From the NCBI GenBank assembly GCA_023205875.1, contig CP060758.1, positions 1 through 64,000 of the forward strand: 64,000 nt of DNA. The letters run 5' to 3'. Numbering within the stretch: position 1 is the first letter of the stretch; every line of letters starts with the position of its first letter. Below the pieces are notes generated by a model. That model worked only from the letters and a program-made list of their open reading frames with translations, made no database searches and had not been told where the DNA came from. The translations under genes were made by a program, and so were the position numbers. The stretch is from Chloropicon primus (taxonomy: Eukaryota). Of this stretch, positions 31,498 through 42,448 are shown in pieces.

Positions 31498-32176
31498 GGT
31501 ACGTAAGAGGGTTCGGTCAAGTGCGTCGTCGTCCTCGTCGTCGTCGTGTTGGTGTTGGTGTTGGTGTTGGTGTGGAAGTCCTCCGTTGAGGCGGAGACGT
31601 CTGGGCTGGTGGTTCGTCTTGGGGTTTGGTTAAGACAATACGACGACAAGGGACAACGGTCACTCCACCAGGGGGAGGAAGGACAAGGAGCAAGGACAAG
31701 GAGCGAGGACAAGGAGCGAGGACAAGGAGCGAGGACAAGGAGGACCCAACCTTGCCAACCGCCAACCGCCAACCGCCAGCCGCCAAGGCAAGACACGAGG
31801 CACGACACGAGGCAAGACACGAGGGGAGGGGAGAGGAGAGGAGAGGAGAGGGAGGAGGGAAGGTGGGGGGGACGAGAAGGAGAGGAGGGAGGAAGGGGTA
31901 AGCTTTTGTCAGGGGCACTGGACCGGGATACACGGGAGGGAGAGGAAGGGATGGACACCTTGGGTAGGGAGGGGGACGAGTGAGCACAATTGAGTAGGAA
32001 ACCAAAGATAGTCGAAGCGGGGGAGACACAAAACAAGACGAGACGCGCTTACGAAAGGAAAACGGATACGGAAACACAGACACAGGACGAGGAGTGAAGG
32101 GAATTGAACGGAATTGGGTGGACCAGGAGAAAGAGACCAGGAGAAAGAGAGAGAGGACGAGGACTAGATTGTCAAA

Positions 32177-34522
32177 ATGTCGGAGAGGGGTTCGTCACCT
32201 GTGAATGGTGTGATGCAGCAGAACGGTAGATTCGTGTTTACCCCTGCTCCAACCTTGTCTGGCGCTTCCCCCATGAGCAGCCTCAAGTCCCCTGGGCAGC
32301 TGAAGACGCAAGTGCAAACGTGGAGCAAGATCATTGACGTGGCCGAGAGGGAGATCGAGAGGAAGGGCAAGGAGATGCAGGGTCTTAAGGCGAGGCTGCG
32401 GTCCGTGGAGTGGGAGGCCCTGTCACGAGCGAGGGAAGTCTCCACGCTCAGCGACAAACTCAAGGAGGTCGAGTACAAGCTCGCGGAGAAGGAGACCCAG
32501 GTCAAGACCATCCTGAGCGGCCTCGACGTTCGGGACAACCAGGAGAAGAATCTCGATCAGCTCATATCCCTCGCGATCGAGGACAAGGTGACGTGGGAGA
32601 AGCGGTACAGATCGGCCGTGAACGAGCTCGAGCTCAAGACCCAGTACCTTGACGACAAAGAGAACTTTTGGTTCAGTGAGATCCAAGACCTGGAGAACAG
32701 GATCCAGGAGAAGGACGATGTCATTACGGGCTTGAAGGGCCAGCTCTTGGGGCTGCGGAAGATGCAGGAGAGTGGGAGCCTGGCGGCCTTCGGAAGGCAG
32801 AGCGCTGCGCTGAAAGAGAGAAGCAGCCTGATCCACGGCCAGAGCGATCTCTCCAAGAAGCTCGGAGAGGCGGTGAAGAAGACGCAGTACCAGAAGCAAC
32901 AGATCGAATCCCTTGAGGTGCAGCTGCAAGCTGCAAGGAGTGAGAACAGCGTCTACACCAGCGCCCTCCTTCCCCTCCTGGAAGATTCGGGTTTGTTCCT
33001 GCAGTCGGCGAATGCCCAAGAGATCGCCGAGAGCGTCAAGGCCTTGATTGACGCCCTCATGGCTGAGCTTCGCATTGCCGGCAAGGACAAGAAGGTCGAC
33101 TTGAACACGCGGGCGGCCAAGGAGCTTCTCAGCATCAAAGAGAAGACCTTGGAGTCCCAGCAGAAGCAGACCAAGCTTCTCAAGGAGCTCGAGTTTACCA
33201 CCAGAGAGGCGGAGAAGCTGACCAGGGCGATCATGGACGACGACGAGCCCAAGGCCGAGGACCGCCACGATTCAGCGGACCAGGAAACGGAGTCTGAGTC
33301 TGGCGCGGAGTTGGAGCTGGAGTTGGATTTGGACAACGAGGAGGAAGCGAAGACGGAAACGGAGGCGGAGGAAGAGTCCCTCAGGAGGGACCGTTCTGCG
33401 ACTTTGATCCAGAGCAAATTCAGAGGCTTTCAGGCGAAGAAGAAGTACAAGGAAATGCACGACGTTCAAACTGCGGCTTCTCGGGTGATCCAAAAGCACT
33501 ACAGGAGTCACCAAAAGAGGGAGGACCACAGGCAGAAGGACAAGGCCATCACCACGATACAAGCGGGCGCAAGAAGGTGGAAAGTTCAAAAGGAAGTGAA
33601 GGCCAAGAGGAATGAGGAAGCCTCGATATTGAAGGACGAGGTCCTTGAGCGGGCGGCCAAAACTCTGCAGGCCCACGAGAGAGCGAGGCAGAGCAGGAAA
33701 AAGTACAATGCCCTGAGGACCGAGAGGGAGGAGAAGGCCGTGACGATCCAAAAACATTTTAGGAGCAAGAAGGCCAAGAAGATTCTCAAGCAACGCAAGG
33801 AGAACGCCCCCGCCGTCGAGGACTTTGGAATCTTTTGCAACGACAGGGTCCTCTCCAACGGCAGTGTCATCAGGGCGTGTGGACGGCCTTGCAACGGCAC
33901 GACCTTGTGCATGTTCCAGTGGACCAGGAGGGACGACAACGGAGAGTTTCAGGACATCAGGGGAGCCACTACCCCCGAGTACACCCTGAGCCCCGATGAC
34001 ATCGGGAAGGTCGTGGGAGTGCGGTGCACGCCAACGAACGACAGGGACGAGGTGGGATTGCCTGCCAAGGACATTGTGAACGAAGGCAACCCGATTGGAA
34101 TGACCGAGGAGATGACAAAAGAAATCACAAACATTTCCATGAAGGGAACCGCCACTTTCCATGCCCAGCTCGTCAAGTTCGGCAAGAGCACCATTCCGAC
34201 GACTGTAACAATCACGGTGGACAAGAAACAAGTCACGATAAGCAAGAAGGAGAAGGTTCTGCTGAAGATCAAGTACGAGAGCCTGCCTGTGATCAGGCTC
34301 CTGCCCGAAAACCCGACGCTCTGCCCAGTGGTGATGACGGAGGGGAACGACAAGGGCAAGGAAGTCAGCTTCCTCTTTTCTGATGTGACGGAGAGGGACA
34401 ACACCGTGATTCTCATGAGGCATCTCACCAACCAGGTGGCGAATAAGCCCAAGAAGTCCTTCCTGTCCTTCCTGTCCAGGTCCAAATCTAAATCGACTAA
34501 ATCGACTGCCTCGTCGAATTGA
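32177..34522 (+). CDS. Coiled-coil + IQ repeats + AIR9/SCAB-type Ig-like domain + PH-like C-terminus
   Basis: About 5 IQ motifs (IQSKFRG, IQKHYRS, IQAGARR, LQAHERA, IQKHFRS); GTTLCMFQW..IRGATTPEYTLSPDDIGK..VRCTP. Confidence 0.75.
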   Translation: MSERGSSPVNGVMQQNGRFVFTPAPTLSGASPMSSLKSPGQLKTQVQTWSKIIDVAEREIERKGKEMQGLKARLRSVEWEALSRAREVSTLSDKLKEVEYKLAEKETQVKTILSGLDVRDNQEKNLDQLISLAIEDKVTWEKRYRSAVNELELKTQYLDDKENFWFSEIQDLENRIQEKDDVITGLKGQLLGLRKMQESGSLAAFGRQSAALKERSSLIHGQSDLSKKLGEAVKKTQYQKQQIESLEVQLQAARSENSVYTSALLPLLEDSGLFLQSANAQEIAESVKALIDALMAELRIAGKDKKVDLNTRAAKELLSIKEKTLESQQKQTKLLKELEFTTREAEKLTRAIMDDDEPKAEDRHDSADQETESESGAELELELDLDNEEEAKTETEAEEESLRRDRSATLIQSKFRGFQAKKKYKEMHDVQTAASRVIQKHYRSHQKREDHRQKDKAITTIQAGARRWKVQKEVKAKRNEEASILKDEVLERAAKTLQAHERARQSRKKYNALRTEREEKAVTIQKHFRSKKAKKILKQRKENAPAVEDFGIFCNDRVLSNGSVIRACGRPCNGTTLCMFQWTRRDDNGEFQDIRGATTPEYTLSPDDIGKVVGVRCTPTNDRDEVGLPAKDIVNEGNPIGMTEEMTKEITNISMKGTATFHAQLVKFGKSTIPTTVTITVDKKQVTISKKEKVLLKIKYESLPVIRLLPENPTLCPVVMTEGNDKGKEVSFLFSDVTERDNTVILMRHLTNQVANKPKKSFLSFLSRSKSKSTKSTASSN

Positions 34523-34667
34523 AGGAGGAGGGAGTTGTTCTTCGACCCAGTAAGAGTAGACGCAATTGTAATTTCACCGAAAAAAAGTCGATTTTTAGCT
34601 CGATGGAGGGAGACTAACAAGCTCTCGAGTTCGACTCGGTCCTTTGGCCTGTGCTCTTGACCCCTGC

Positions 34668-35765
34668 TCAAGCCGAGTAGACGTAGTTCAGGTAGTCGAC
34701 AATGGCAGAGCTCTCGAACAACTCCGCTCCGGTGTTTGGATCCTCCAGATAGGGCACTTGAAACTGGCCTTTCTTCTCAAAGACGGGCTGTCTCTTCGGG
34801 GAGCCCCTAGGGCACGTACGCTGCACGTACGGAATCTCCAGCTCGCACAAGGCCTCCTTCACCAAGATCACGAAGGGAGACGCCTCGTAGCCCCACAGAT
34901 CCAGAGGCTTCTCGGGGAGATTCGAGGGCTTCGCCCTGCTTCCCGCTCCCATTCTGCCGATCAGACCGAGGCCGTTCGCCAGGGTCGAGTTTCTGTACCT
35001 GAGGCCGCGAGGCACGTCCCCTGGGCCGTACGTCTTGAACAGGTACTCGATGATATCCGCGCTCTCGTACATGGCCAAGTCGCCCGCGTTCGGATCGATC
35101 ATGTAAGGAAACTGGCTCTTTCCGCCCTTCTCGATGGCCTCCGGGCGCCAGGCCTTGCCGCCGGACGGGCAGGGCTTGAAGAGGACGTCGATGCCGAGGA
35201 CCGAGACCGCAACGCGGACCTTCCTGCAGAACGGGCACCCCTGAAACTCGTAAATTTCGATCGGTTTCTCGGGCTCTTTCGCGTTCACGGCCGGCTGCTC
35301 TTCCCACCTGTACCCGCCCACGCTCAAGGGCAGGGCGTACTTGCCGTCGCTGGCCTCGGGCTTCTTCGCCGGCCTTCCCTTGTACCCGGAGATGAAAGCT
35401 CCCGCCCCGGCTGTCAGCAGGAGGGGCAGGGAAGCCCCGGCCAGCTTGGCGGTCTGCCCCTCCGCCACCGCGAATGGCTTGGCGTCGTTCATCGCCAAGG
35501 CAGCCGCGGGACTCGACTTCCAGGACTCGTACTTGGCCACAAACGACTCGTTCCTGCTGCTGCTGCTGCTGGGCGCCTCCCCTTGACCCCCTTTCCCCTC
35601 GCTCTCCGCTCTCACTCTCCACGCTGACGTCGACGACAACGAAGATGTTGTTGTTGAAGATGATCTGGTCCTTCTGGAGTTGTATTCTCTCCTCCGTGGT
35701 CTCTTGACATTCGTCGCGGTCCTCCCCGGTACCAAGGACGTCGCCACACACCCCTGGACCCTCAT
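34668..35765 (-). CDS. Plastid protein with tandem GST-N/thioredoxin domains
   Basis: IYEFQGCPFCRKVR..QFPYMIDPN..MYESADI; second domain YEASPF..QVPYLEDPNTG..LFESSAI. Confidence 0.85.
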   Translation of the reverse strand: MRVQGCVATSLVPGRTATNVKRPRRREYNSRRTRSSSTTTSSLSSTSAWRVRAESEGKGGQGEAPSSSSSRNESFVAKYESWKSSPAAALAMNDAKPFAVAEGQTAKLAGASLPLLLTAGAGAFISGYKGRPAKKPEASDGKYALPLSVGGYRWEEQPAVNAKEPEKPIEIYEFQGCPFCRKVRVAVSVLGIDVLFKPCPSGGKAWRPEAIEKGGKSQFPYMIDPNAGDLAMYESADIIEYLFKTYGPGDVPRGLRYRNSTLANGLGLIGRMGAGSRAKPSNLPEKPLDLWGYEASPFVILVKEALCELEIPYVQRTCPRGSPKRQPVFEKKGQFQVPYLEDPNTGAELFESSAIVDYLNYVYSA

Positions 35766-35767
35766 CC

Positions 35768-35802
<35 letters not shown>

Positions 35803-36081
35803 TTCGGCCAACGTTCTGTCGCTCTGATCGATCGCGATCGATCGAAGGGAAGGGGAAGGGAAGGGGGGAAGGGATCGCGATCGCGATCGATCGAAGGGAA
35901 GGGGAAGGGATCGCGATCGCGATCGGAGGGGCGGAGGGACGTGGCTGGGGGCGGGGGGATTGGCTTGGGCGGACAAGCCTTCGGCCGTGCGGAGGAGGAG
36001 AACGAGGAGAAGCGAGGGAGAGGCGAGGGTGGGTGGGTGGGTTCGTTTGTTTGATTGTTTGTTTGATTGATTGATCGTGTC

Positions 36082-39000
36082 ATGGAGAGCGGGGAGCGGA
36101 GGAGGTTGTACGAGGTGTACGATCGTGCGGTGAGGACGCACGAGTGGAGCGCGGAGGAGGACTCGGCAGCAGGGGCGTCGGCGTCGTCGACGACGCAACA
36201 ACACAAGAGGAACCGGGGGGGTGCAGAGAGGAAGGAGACGCACAGGGAGGCCACCACCAGGGGGGAAGTCCTTGCGGTGGAGGGGGGGGAGGGTTCGAGC
36301 GCGGTGACTGTGGCGGTGTTCGACGCCTTGGCGGGGGAGGTTCTCTTCTTCTCCGTCCTGGACGACTACGCGAAGCCGACCAAAGTCATCGCTTCGGCCT
36401 CGGAGGGGGACCCCTTCGCCTCGGCTTTTCCTGGGCGGAACTCCCTAGTGGCCGTGACGGCGAGCGGGGCGTGCTCGCTGATCGACACGGAGGGGAATGT
36501 GGATCCTCTGCCCTCCGTTCAGGGCGGGCACGACGTCGTCTTCCTCTACCCGAACTGCGCGACCTCGCCCTCGGACGCGGAGGTCCTGGCCGTTCGGGCC
36601 AACGCCGTCGTGGAAGTGCACAGCAAGTCTGGATCGTCCCCGAGAGGCGGCGCCAGGAAGGCGGTGAACGCGAGCAAGTTCCACAATTCGGTCACCCAGG
36701 CGTGCCTGAGCCGGTCGAGCGGCGGCTTGCTCTGCCTGGCGGGCGGAGACGGGAGCCTGGAGAGCATCTCCCTGTGGAACTTCGCGAACGGCGATGACGA
36801 GCTGAGGAGTCTGAGCTCGCGGCCCTTCGCCCACTTTGGCTTGGGCCAAACCAGAGTCCAGAGGTACGTGCTGAACACCCTCGACAAGGTCCAGAGCTCT
36901 TGGAAGGGCCTGCTGCAGATGAAAGCGAGGGGCACGGGCAACGCCACGCTGGTCGCCTCCAAAGCAAAGTGGAAGATCAACTTGTCCCCGCTAGGAGAGA
37001 GGATCGCGGTCAAGTCGCCCGAGAGGGTGCACCTCTTTCAGGTCGAGGGTGGGAGCGCGATCAAGCCCATGGATACCGCGGGACTCCTCGGATCCTTGGG
37101 CAGCAAAACGACGGAGCAGGACTGCAGGGAGTGCCTGTGGTGGTCAGAAAGTAGGCTCCTTTGCAACGTCTCGGATACCAAACTGCTTGTGCTGCAGACC
37201 AAGGATCGCAACGTTTTGTTTGAGCACAGCTTCGAGTGCGAGTCTCCATTCGGCATGTACCCCCTGAGCTCCGCCAAGGCCATGGTCTTGCGTGCCCTGG
37301 AAAGTGAGTCTGAGTCCGGATGGCAGCTCGCTTGCGTGGCCCAACGCACCCCCGAAGAGATGCTCCACTCGTATCTTGCGAAGAGCAAGTTCGAAGAGGC
37401 GAAGCAGGTCGCCAAGGTGTTCCAACTGGATGCGGGGATGGTCTACAAGAGGCAGTGGCTGCAGAGCCAAGCCACCGTGAGCGCCATAGAGAAGATGCTT
37501 TTGAGGGTGGAGGACAAGATGTGGGTGATAGAGCAGTGCATTGCGACCATTGGCGAGGACTTTGACACCCAAAAGTATCTTTTGGACTACGGTCTGGAGC
37601 AGATTTCTTTGATCCTCGCGAGCGACAAGTACAGCAAAGAACAGAAGGAGGACTTGAAGAGAATGAAGATCAGGTTCTTGAGACACGAAGATTGCCTGCA
37701 GACGAGTTTGGCGCTCTTTGACCAGACGTACTTTGCGGAGGTCTACAGTGAGCTGAGGAACCACGACATTGTGGGGGCCGCTTGCTTGTTTGCGCAGACG
37801 GCCAACGTGGACTCGCTTCAAATCCTTCTGCAGCGACACCCCTGCTTTCTGCTACCAAACATCTTGAGCATTCTCTCCTGCTTTCCAGAGTCAATGGATG
37901 TGAACCTGTACAGGTCCATCTTCAACTCTGTGACGCCGGGCAGCATAGCAAGTCCAAGGCAGGACGACGATTGCGAGACGCGGGAGGAGGTGTCAAGGAT
38001 GGGCATGCTGGAGGCGCTGGAGGAGGGCGGTGCAGGCATCTTGTGCAAAGTCACAGACAACGTTTACTCGCACGCAAATGCTTGCAAGAGTCCGCCTGTT
38101 GAGGTAGTGAGAACTTGGGTCACTGAAAGGTTGCTAGACCTCGTGAATTCCGGCTATTTCCAGAACGCAAGGAACTTGGTTGATGCAGTTTCGTCTCTCA
38201 CCCTTCCTGTGGTGTCAAAAGAGGTCAGCGCCGTGTTTGGGTCCACTATGGGGTTCATGGACGCCGTGGAGATCGGCTTGATTCGATTTGATATGGACGC
38301 GAGGAACTTCTTGCACGCGGACAATTTGGCCAAGTTGAGAATCCTTTTGGAGCTTAGCACGAATGAAACCATCGCAAGGGACATGCGGAAGGCCCTGCTT
38401 CCCTTCCTTGACAGCTTGGTTTGTGACCAGAAGAGCAAGGAGGACCTTCTGTTGCAGTTTACTCAAGAGGAATTCGGTGCCCGCCCCGTGTGGGTGATCA
38501 ACTTTTTGTCAAACCTGTGTGTCTATGTGACGCAGGATCTGAAGCTTGAGAGGGCGCCTTTCGTAAAAAGGGCCGTGGAGATGTTGGCGGCCAAGCCGAA
38601 CATGGGTGACTGGGACGTTGTGTCCGGGTCTTTGTCCAGCCTGTTGGGCTCCCTTGGGCAGGAGGAGGAGGAGAGCATCGTGGTGAGCATCAAGAATCTT
38701 TGCAACAGAGTGCAGTCCGCAAGGCTGCTGGAGAAGCACGGCCTGAAGTTGGACCTCGCCACTTTGGAGGAGTACTCCAAAGACAAGAGGAACGAGAGAA
38801 CGCTATTGAGAAAGCTTCTGTCGAAGGCTGCTCAGCAGAGGAGGCAGAGCGATAAGATGTGGGATCACCTTTGGAACGACGCTTGCATAGTCTGCGAGCT
38901 TGTCTTCAGATCTTCTGATTGTGAGCAGATTCTTGCGGAGTTCTGCAGGGTGCTTCTGCAGACCGGCCAATTTCTGATCGCGGACAGATTCTTGGACGGC

Positions 39001-42000
39001 AAAGATGGGGTGCAGCTGACTCAGCCCGTCGCAGAAAAAGTCGTACTTGCGACCGGGAAGGACTTGTTCTACAGCGCGAAGAGTTTCTCTTCTCCAGAAG
39101 TGAGCAAGGCCAAGCAATGCTTCCTCATCATTCCAGAGAGCAAAGTCATTCGAGAGGAATTGGATTACATTTCTTCTCTAGAGAACGTTCACAGGTTTGG
39201 CTTGGGACTGAGGCCTTGCGACGTCAAATCCATTTCTGAGAAGACGGACATCTTTGACATGATTTTGAAGCATGATCAGAACTCGTACTCGAACGTGTCC
39301 GCTCTGATCAAATTTGCTGATTCCCTTCACCTTGACTCAAAGGAAGACCATCTGCAGATCAAGTTGAAATTAGCGAAGACTGGATTCGAGCTGGGAGACG
39401 CTGGCTTTGCACTTGACCTTGTGGGCCTCTTCATCGACGAGAACTTCGTCCCTGCAGCTGATTTGGTCATAAGCATTATCAGGGGGCTGGATGCGAGCCA
39501 AGTCGAAAACGAGTTTATGGCCGAGATGACAACGTTTGCCATGTGCTATTCCCAAGAGAAAGACCTGGATTTCTTGGTCAAGAATTTGAAAGGTTGTGTC
39601 ACATCACGAAACCGTGCTATCAACGCGGGGTCCATACTCAGGGAGAATGAGTTTTGGGTCAACAAAACGTGCTCGGCCCTGTCATCTCTTGTGGAGTTTG
39701 ACCAGATGGACTCGCTCCTCGATTACGTCAAAGACGTGGTTGTTGGGATTGACAACTACGTGCAAGTGGATCGAATTCTGTCCACTCTGCTCGCTGCGCT
39801 CTCCGTGAAAGCGGGTGTTGTCGCAACGAACTCCCTGACCAATGCCTTTGCGTTCCATAGCCCGAAAGAGACCAAGGCTTTGCTGCTGGAAAGTCTGGCA
39901 TCGGCGGAGCCTCAGATGGCCGAATCCATCCAGAACGTGACGAGGTGGTTGGACCTCCTCGAGAGAGCTGGCAAAGTTTTGGAGCACGTGAACAAATTCA
40001 AAGTTGGCCTGTTTGTTGCGGGGGCAGAAGCGGATAAGGAGGGCGCTTTGCTTCAAGCCGTTTGCAATATAACGGAACAAGGCAGCGAGAACGTGATAGA
40101 ACGAGCCCTGCAGACCATTTTTGATGTAGCCGAGGACGCTGAGTTGCATCTCGGGAAGATCATGAAGGAATTTGTTTCCAAAATCTTTGCGAGCGGCAAG
40201 TGCAATGCCTGCATCTCACTGTCCATTTGCACTTTGTTGGAGGGGTTCAACCTCGCAGAGGATGCGCTTGGAGAATTGAGCATGAGCTTCACTACCGAAG
40301 TTTATGCAGGCTTGCGGGGAACGGACACCTTCAACATTCTGTACATCTTCAACGTCTTGGAGTGCTGTCTTTCTCTGAGCAGCGTGAAATTGGTTGGGGA
40401 CCTGGAAGGAATCGGGTTGGATGACTTGAAGAAACTGAAGGACGTTTTAGCCCTCATCCTTTGGGTCGAGGAGGACGTCGACTTCAAGAGCATCATCACA
40501 GGCGAGGAAAAGCTTTTCGCTGAAATGAAAATGTACATCTCTCGCACCAATGTCAACGGTTTTGCGTGCCTTTGCGAGTGCCTCTCCGCAGCAGCATTCT
40601 GGCAAGGTCGCTCGAAAGCTGTCACAACGAGTGATGTTTACTTTTGTCAGCTGGGGTGTGACATGGTTCGCCCAGAATACCAGCAAGAGGAACTGCTGGC
40701 CATTGCGTCCAAGTCCTTGCCAAAGCTTTGCAGTCCAGACCTCGAGCGTTTTGTCAGCCAGCTGACCTCCAAAGAGAATCACTTTGGGGGAGAGTTGCAG
40801 CTGTCGAATCTCTCGAGGTTGGGTGTTTTGGAAGCCGCTCTCGAGGTCGCAAAGGCGAGGGACGGCGAGGACAGCCAGCTTGCGAGCTCTTTCCACATGA
40901 CCCTTGTGAACGAGAAAGCTCTTCAGAGCATGGATGACGTCCTGAATTTGAGCCCTGCACACAGGGCTTTGCTGGATCGATCTGAGCGCAGGGAGGACCT
41001 TTACGACGCCTTGGGAGCCTTGGCATGTGACGGGGTCGACCTCTGCGTGCTGACCTTTGCGGCATCTGTGTACGGCATCCTCGATGCCGACTACGATTCC
41101 TTGAGGGAAGCTATTCTTGCGAAGGTCAAGGACGCCTTGGGCAACGCCGAGTGGAGCACCGAGGAGGGGGTGAGCCCCATTGTCTTGTTGGTCCGCTCCC
41201 TGGAAGCCAAAGAGGACGCGTGCTTGGATCACTTGGAGTTCGCCGCCTCATTCACGGAATTCGTGGACAGGCTCCGAAGCTCCGCGTGGAACGAGATCCA
41301 GTCCTACATCAAGGATCACAAGTACGGAGAGTCCGCTTCGGTTCAGCCGATCGTTCTCTTCCTCAGCGAGAAGTTTGTTGCCTGGAAGTACTGGTCCCAG
41401 CCCGATGACGAGGGATTCGATCACATCCTCTTGCTGTGCCAGAGCAACGAGATTCTGGAGCAGTACTGGGAAGAGGGCCCCCAGGCGTCCAAGGACGACT
41501 TCAGGGACATCCAGGCCTTGAGGGTCTCGTTTGGTCGCCTGCTTGCGGCTGCCGAGCACGAGCACCACCTCATCTCGCTCCACCGCCTGTTGGCCTGCTG
41601 GGAGGAGAACTGGAAGCCCAACGAGGACATCGTGGAGCTGAGAGAGTGCCACCTCAACCTCCTCGTGAAGTGCGTAGAGGCCGGAAAGGAATTCGCTCTC
41701 AAGGTTTTGGTCGGCATGCAGGAGCGAGACCACCCCGCCGTTTCTGATCAGGGTGAGTCCGAGACGTTCTTCAAGTCCTTGATCGGCCGCGCGGCTGGGG
41801 CTGACACCGAGTTGCTGGGCCCCGTGCTCTTCAAGTGCGCCCTCCTGGTTCCCCACAAGTCGGTGCACGACGAGGCCTTCCGCCTCATGGAGGCTTCCCC
41901 CGGGATCGCCCTCGATGTGGATATTGTGGGCCTTCTCGCCCACCGGGGTCTCGTCCCTCGACTCTGCGTCTCCTCGGTCTTGGTTGGGGAGGCGGTCCAG

Positions 42001-42330
42001 GTGCTGTCTTCGCTGTCGGCTGACCCTGGGTGCGAGGCCATCAAGCACCTCGTGGCCCCCCACGTGGTTGCCGAGCTCTGCGTGACGCAAAAGTACCAGG
42101 AGGCCAGCGACTTGGTCTGCAGGTTCCTGAGGACGCAGTCCTCCCTCATCACCAAGGACGTTGCCGTGCACTTTTTGGAGAGGTACCTCAGAGCCGTGGA
42201 GAGGGGGGGAGCCGGGAGAAGGGACTTTAGGATCTCTCACTTGGAGGAGGTCGCCTTTGAGATCAGCGGGGACTCCTTCCCCGCGGACCACTTTGCCAGG
42301 GCCATTGGTGAGCTCGCCAAGTGCTGGTGA
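36082..42330 (+). CDS. NBAS: NBAS/Sec39 (MIP2-like) ER tethering complex subunit
   Basis: About 2080 aa; beta-propeller-like N-terminus, FQLDAGMVYKRQW, DKMWVIEQC, ILSILSCFPES, helical solenoid; intronless. Confidence 0.75.
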   Translation: MESGERRRLYEVYDRAVRTHEWSAEEDSAAGASASSTTQQHKRNRGGAERKETHREATTRGEVLAVEGGEGSSAVTVAVFDALAGEVLFFSVLDDYAKPTKVIASASEGDPFASAFPGRNSLVAVTASGACSLIDTEGNVDPLPSVQGGHDVVFLYPNCATSPSDAEVLAVRANAVVEVHSKSGSSPRGGARKAVNASKFHNSVTQACLSRSSGGLLCLAGGDGSLESISLWNFANGDDELRSLSSRPFAHFGLGQTRVQRYVLNTLDKVQSSWKGLLQMKARGTGNATLVASKAKWKINLSPLGERIAVKSPERVHLFQVEGGSAIKPMDTAGLLGSLGSKTTEQDCRECLWWSESRLLCNVSDTKLLVLQTKDRNVLFEHSFECESPFGMYPLSSAKAMVLRALESESESGWQLACVAQRTPEEMLHSYLAKSKFEEAKQVAKVFQLDAGMVYKRQWLQSQATVSAIEKMLLRVEDKMWVIEQCIATIGEDFDTQKYLLDYGLEQISLILASDKYSKEQKEDLKRMKIRFLRHEDCLQTSLALFDQTYFAEVYSELRNHDIVGAACLFAQTANVDSLQILLQRHPCFLLPNILSILSCFPESMDVNLYRSIFNSVTPGSIASPRQDDDCETREEVSRMGMLEALEEGGAGILCKVTDNVYSHANACKSPPVEVVRTWVTERLLDLVNSGYFQNARNLVDAVSSLTLPVVSKEVSAVFGSTMGFMDAVEIGLIRFDMDARNFLHADNLAKLRILLELSTNETIARDMRKALLPFLDSLVCDQKSKEDLLLQFTQEEFGARPVWVINFLSNLCVYVTQDLKLERAPFVKRAVEMLAAKPNMGDWDVVSGSLSSLLGSLGQEEEESIVVSIKNLCNRVQSARLLEKHGLKLDLATLEEYSKDKRNERTLLRKLLSKAAQQRRQSDKMWDHLWNDACIVCELVFRSSDCEQILAEFCRVLLQTGQFLIADRFLDGKDGVQLTQPVAEKVVLATGKDLFYSAKSFSSPEVSKAKQCFLIIPESKVIREELDYISSLENVHRFGLGLRPCDVKSISEKTDIFDMILKHDQNSYSNVSALIKFADSLHLDSKEDHLQIKLKLAKTGFELGDAGFALDLVGLFIDENFVPAADLVISIIRGLDASQVENEFMAEMTTFAMCYSQEKDLDFLVKNLKGCVTSRNRAINAGSILRENEFWVNKTCSALSSLVEFDQMDSLLDYVKDVVVGIDNYVQVDRILSTLLAALSVKAGVVATNSLTNAFAFHSPKETKALLLESLASAEPQMAESIQNVTRWLDLLERAGKVLEHVNKFKVGLFVAGAEADKEGALLQAVCNITEQGSENVIERALQTIFDVAEDAELHLGKIMKEFVSKIFASGKCNACISLSICTLLEGFNLAEDALGELSMSFTTEVYAGLRGTDTFNILYIFNVLECCLSLSSVKLVGDLEGIGLDDLKKLKDVLALILWVEEDVDFKSIITGEEKLFAEMKMYISRTNVNGFACLCECLSAAAFWQGRSKAVTTSDVYFCQLGCDMVRPEYQQEELLAIASKSLPKLCSPDLERFVSQLTSKENHFGGELQLSNLSRLGVLEAALEVAKARDGEDSQLASSFHMTLVNEKALQSMDDVLNLSPAHRALLDRSERREDLYDALGALACDGVDLCVLTFAASVYGILDADYDSLREAILAKVKDALGNAEWSTEEGVSPIVLLVRSLEAKEDACLDHLEFAASFTEFVDRLRSSAWNEIQSYIKDHKYGESASVQPIVLFLSEKFVAWKYWSQPDDEGFDHILLLCQSNEILEQYWEEGPQASKDDFRDIQALRVSFGRLLAAAEHEHHLISLHRLLACWEENWKPNEDIVELRECHLNLLVKCVEAGKEFALKVLVGMQERDHPAVSDQGESETFFKSLIGRAAGADTELLGPVLFKCALLVPHKSVHDEAFRLMEASPGIALDVDIVGLLAHRGLVPRLCVSSVLVGEAVQVLSSLSADPGCEAIKHLVAPHVVAELCVTQKYQEASDLVCRFLRTQSSLITKDVAVHFLERYLRAVERGGAGRRDFRISHLEEVAFEISGDSFPADHFARAIGELAKCW

Positions 42331-42448
42331 GGGAAACTGTTGTGTGCGTGTTCGTCGTCCGCGGACGTAATAATTATTATTCACAACCACCACTACTTTA
42401 ATCACCTATTCGTGCCTACCATGACGCGATCCGTCGTGACTATTGGGC

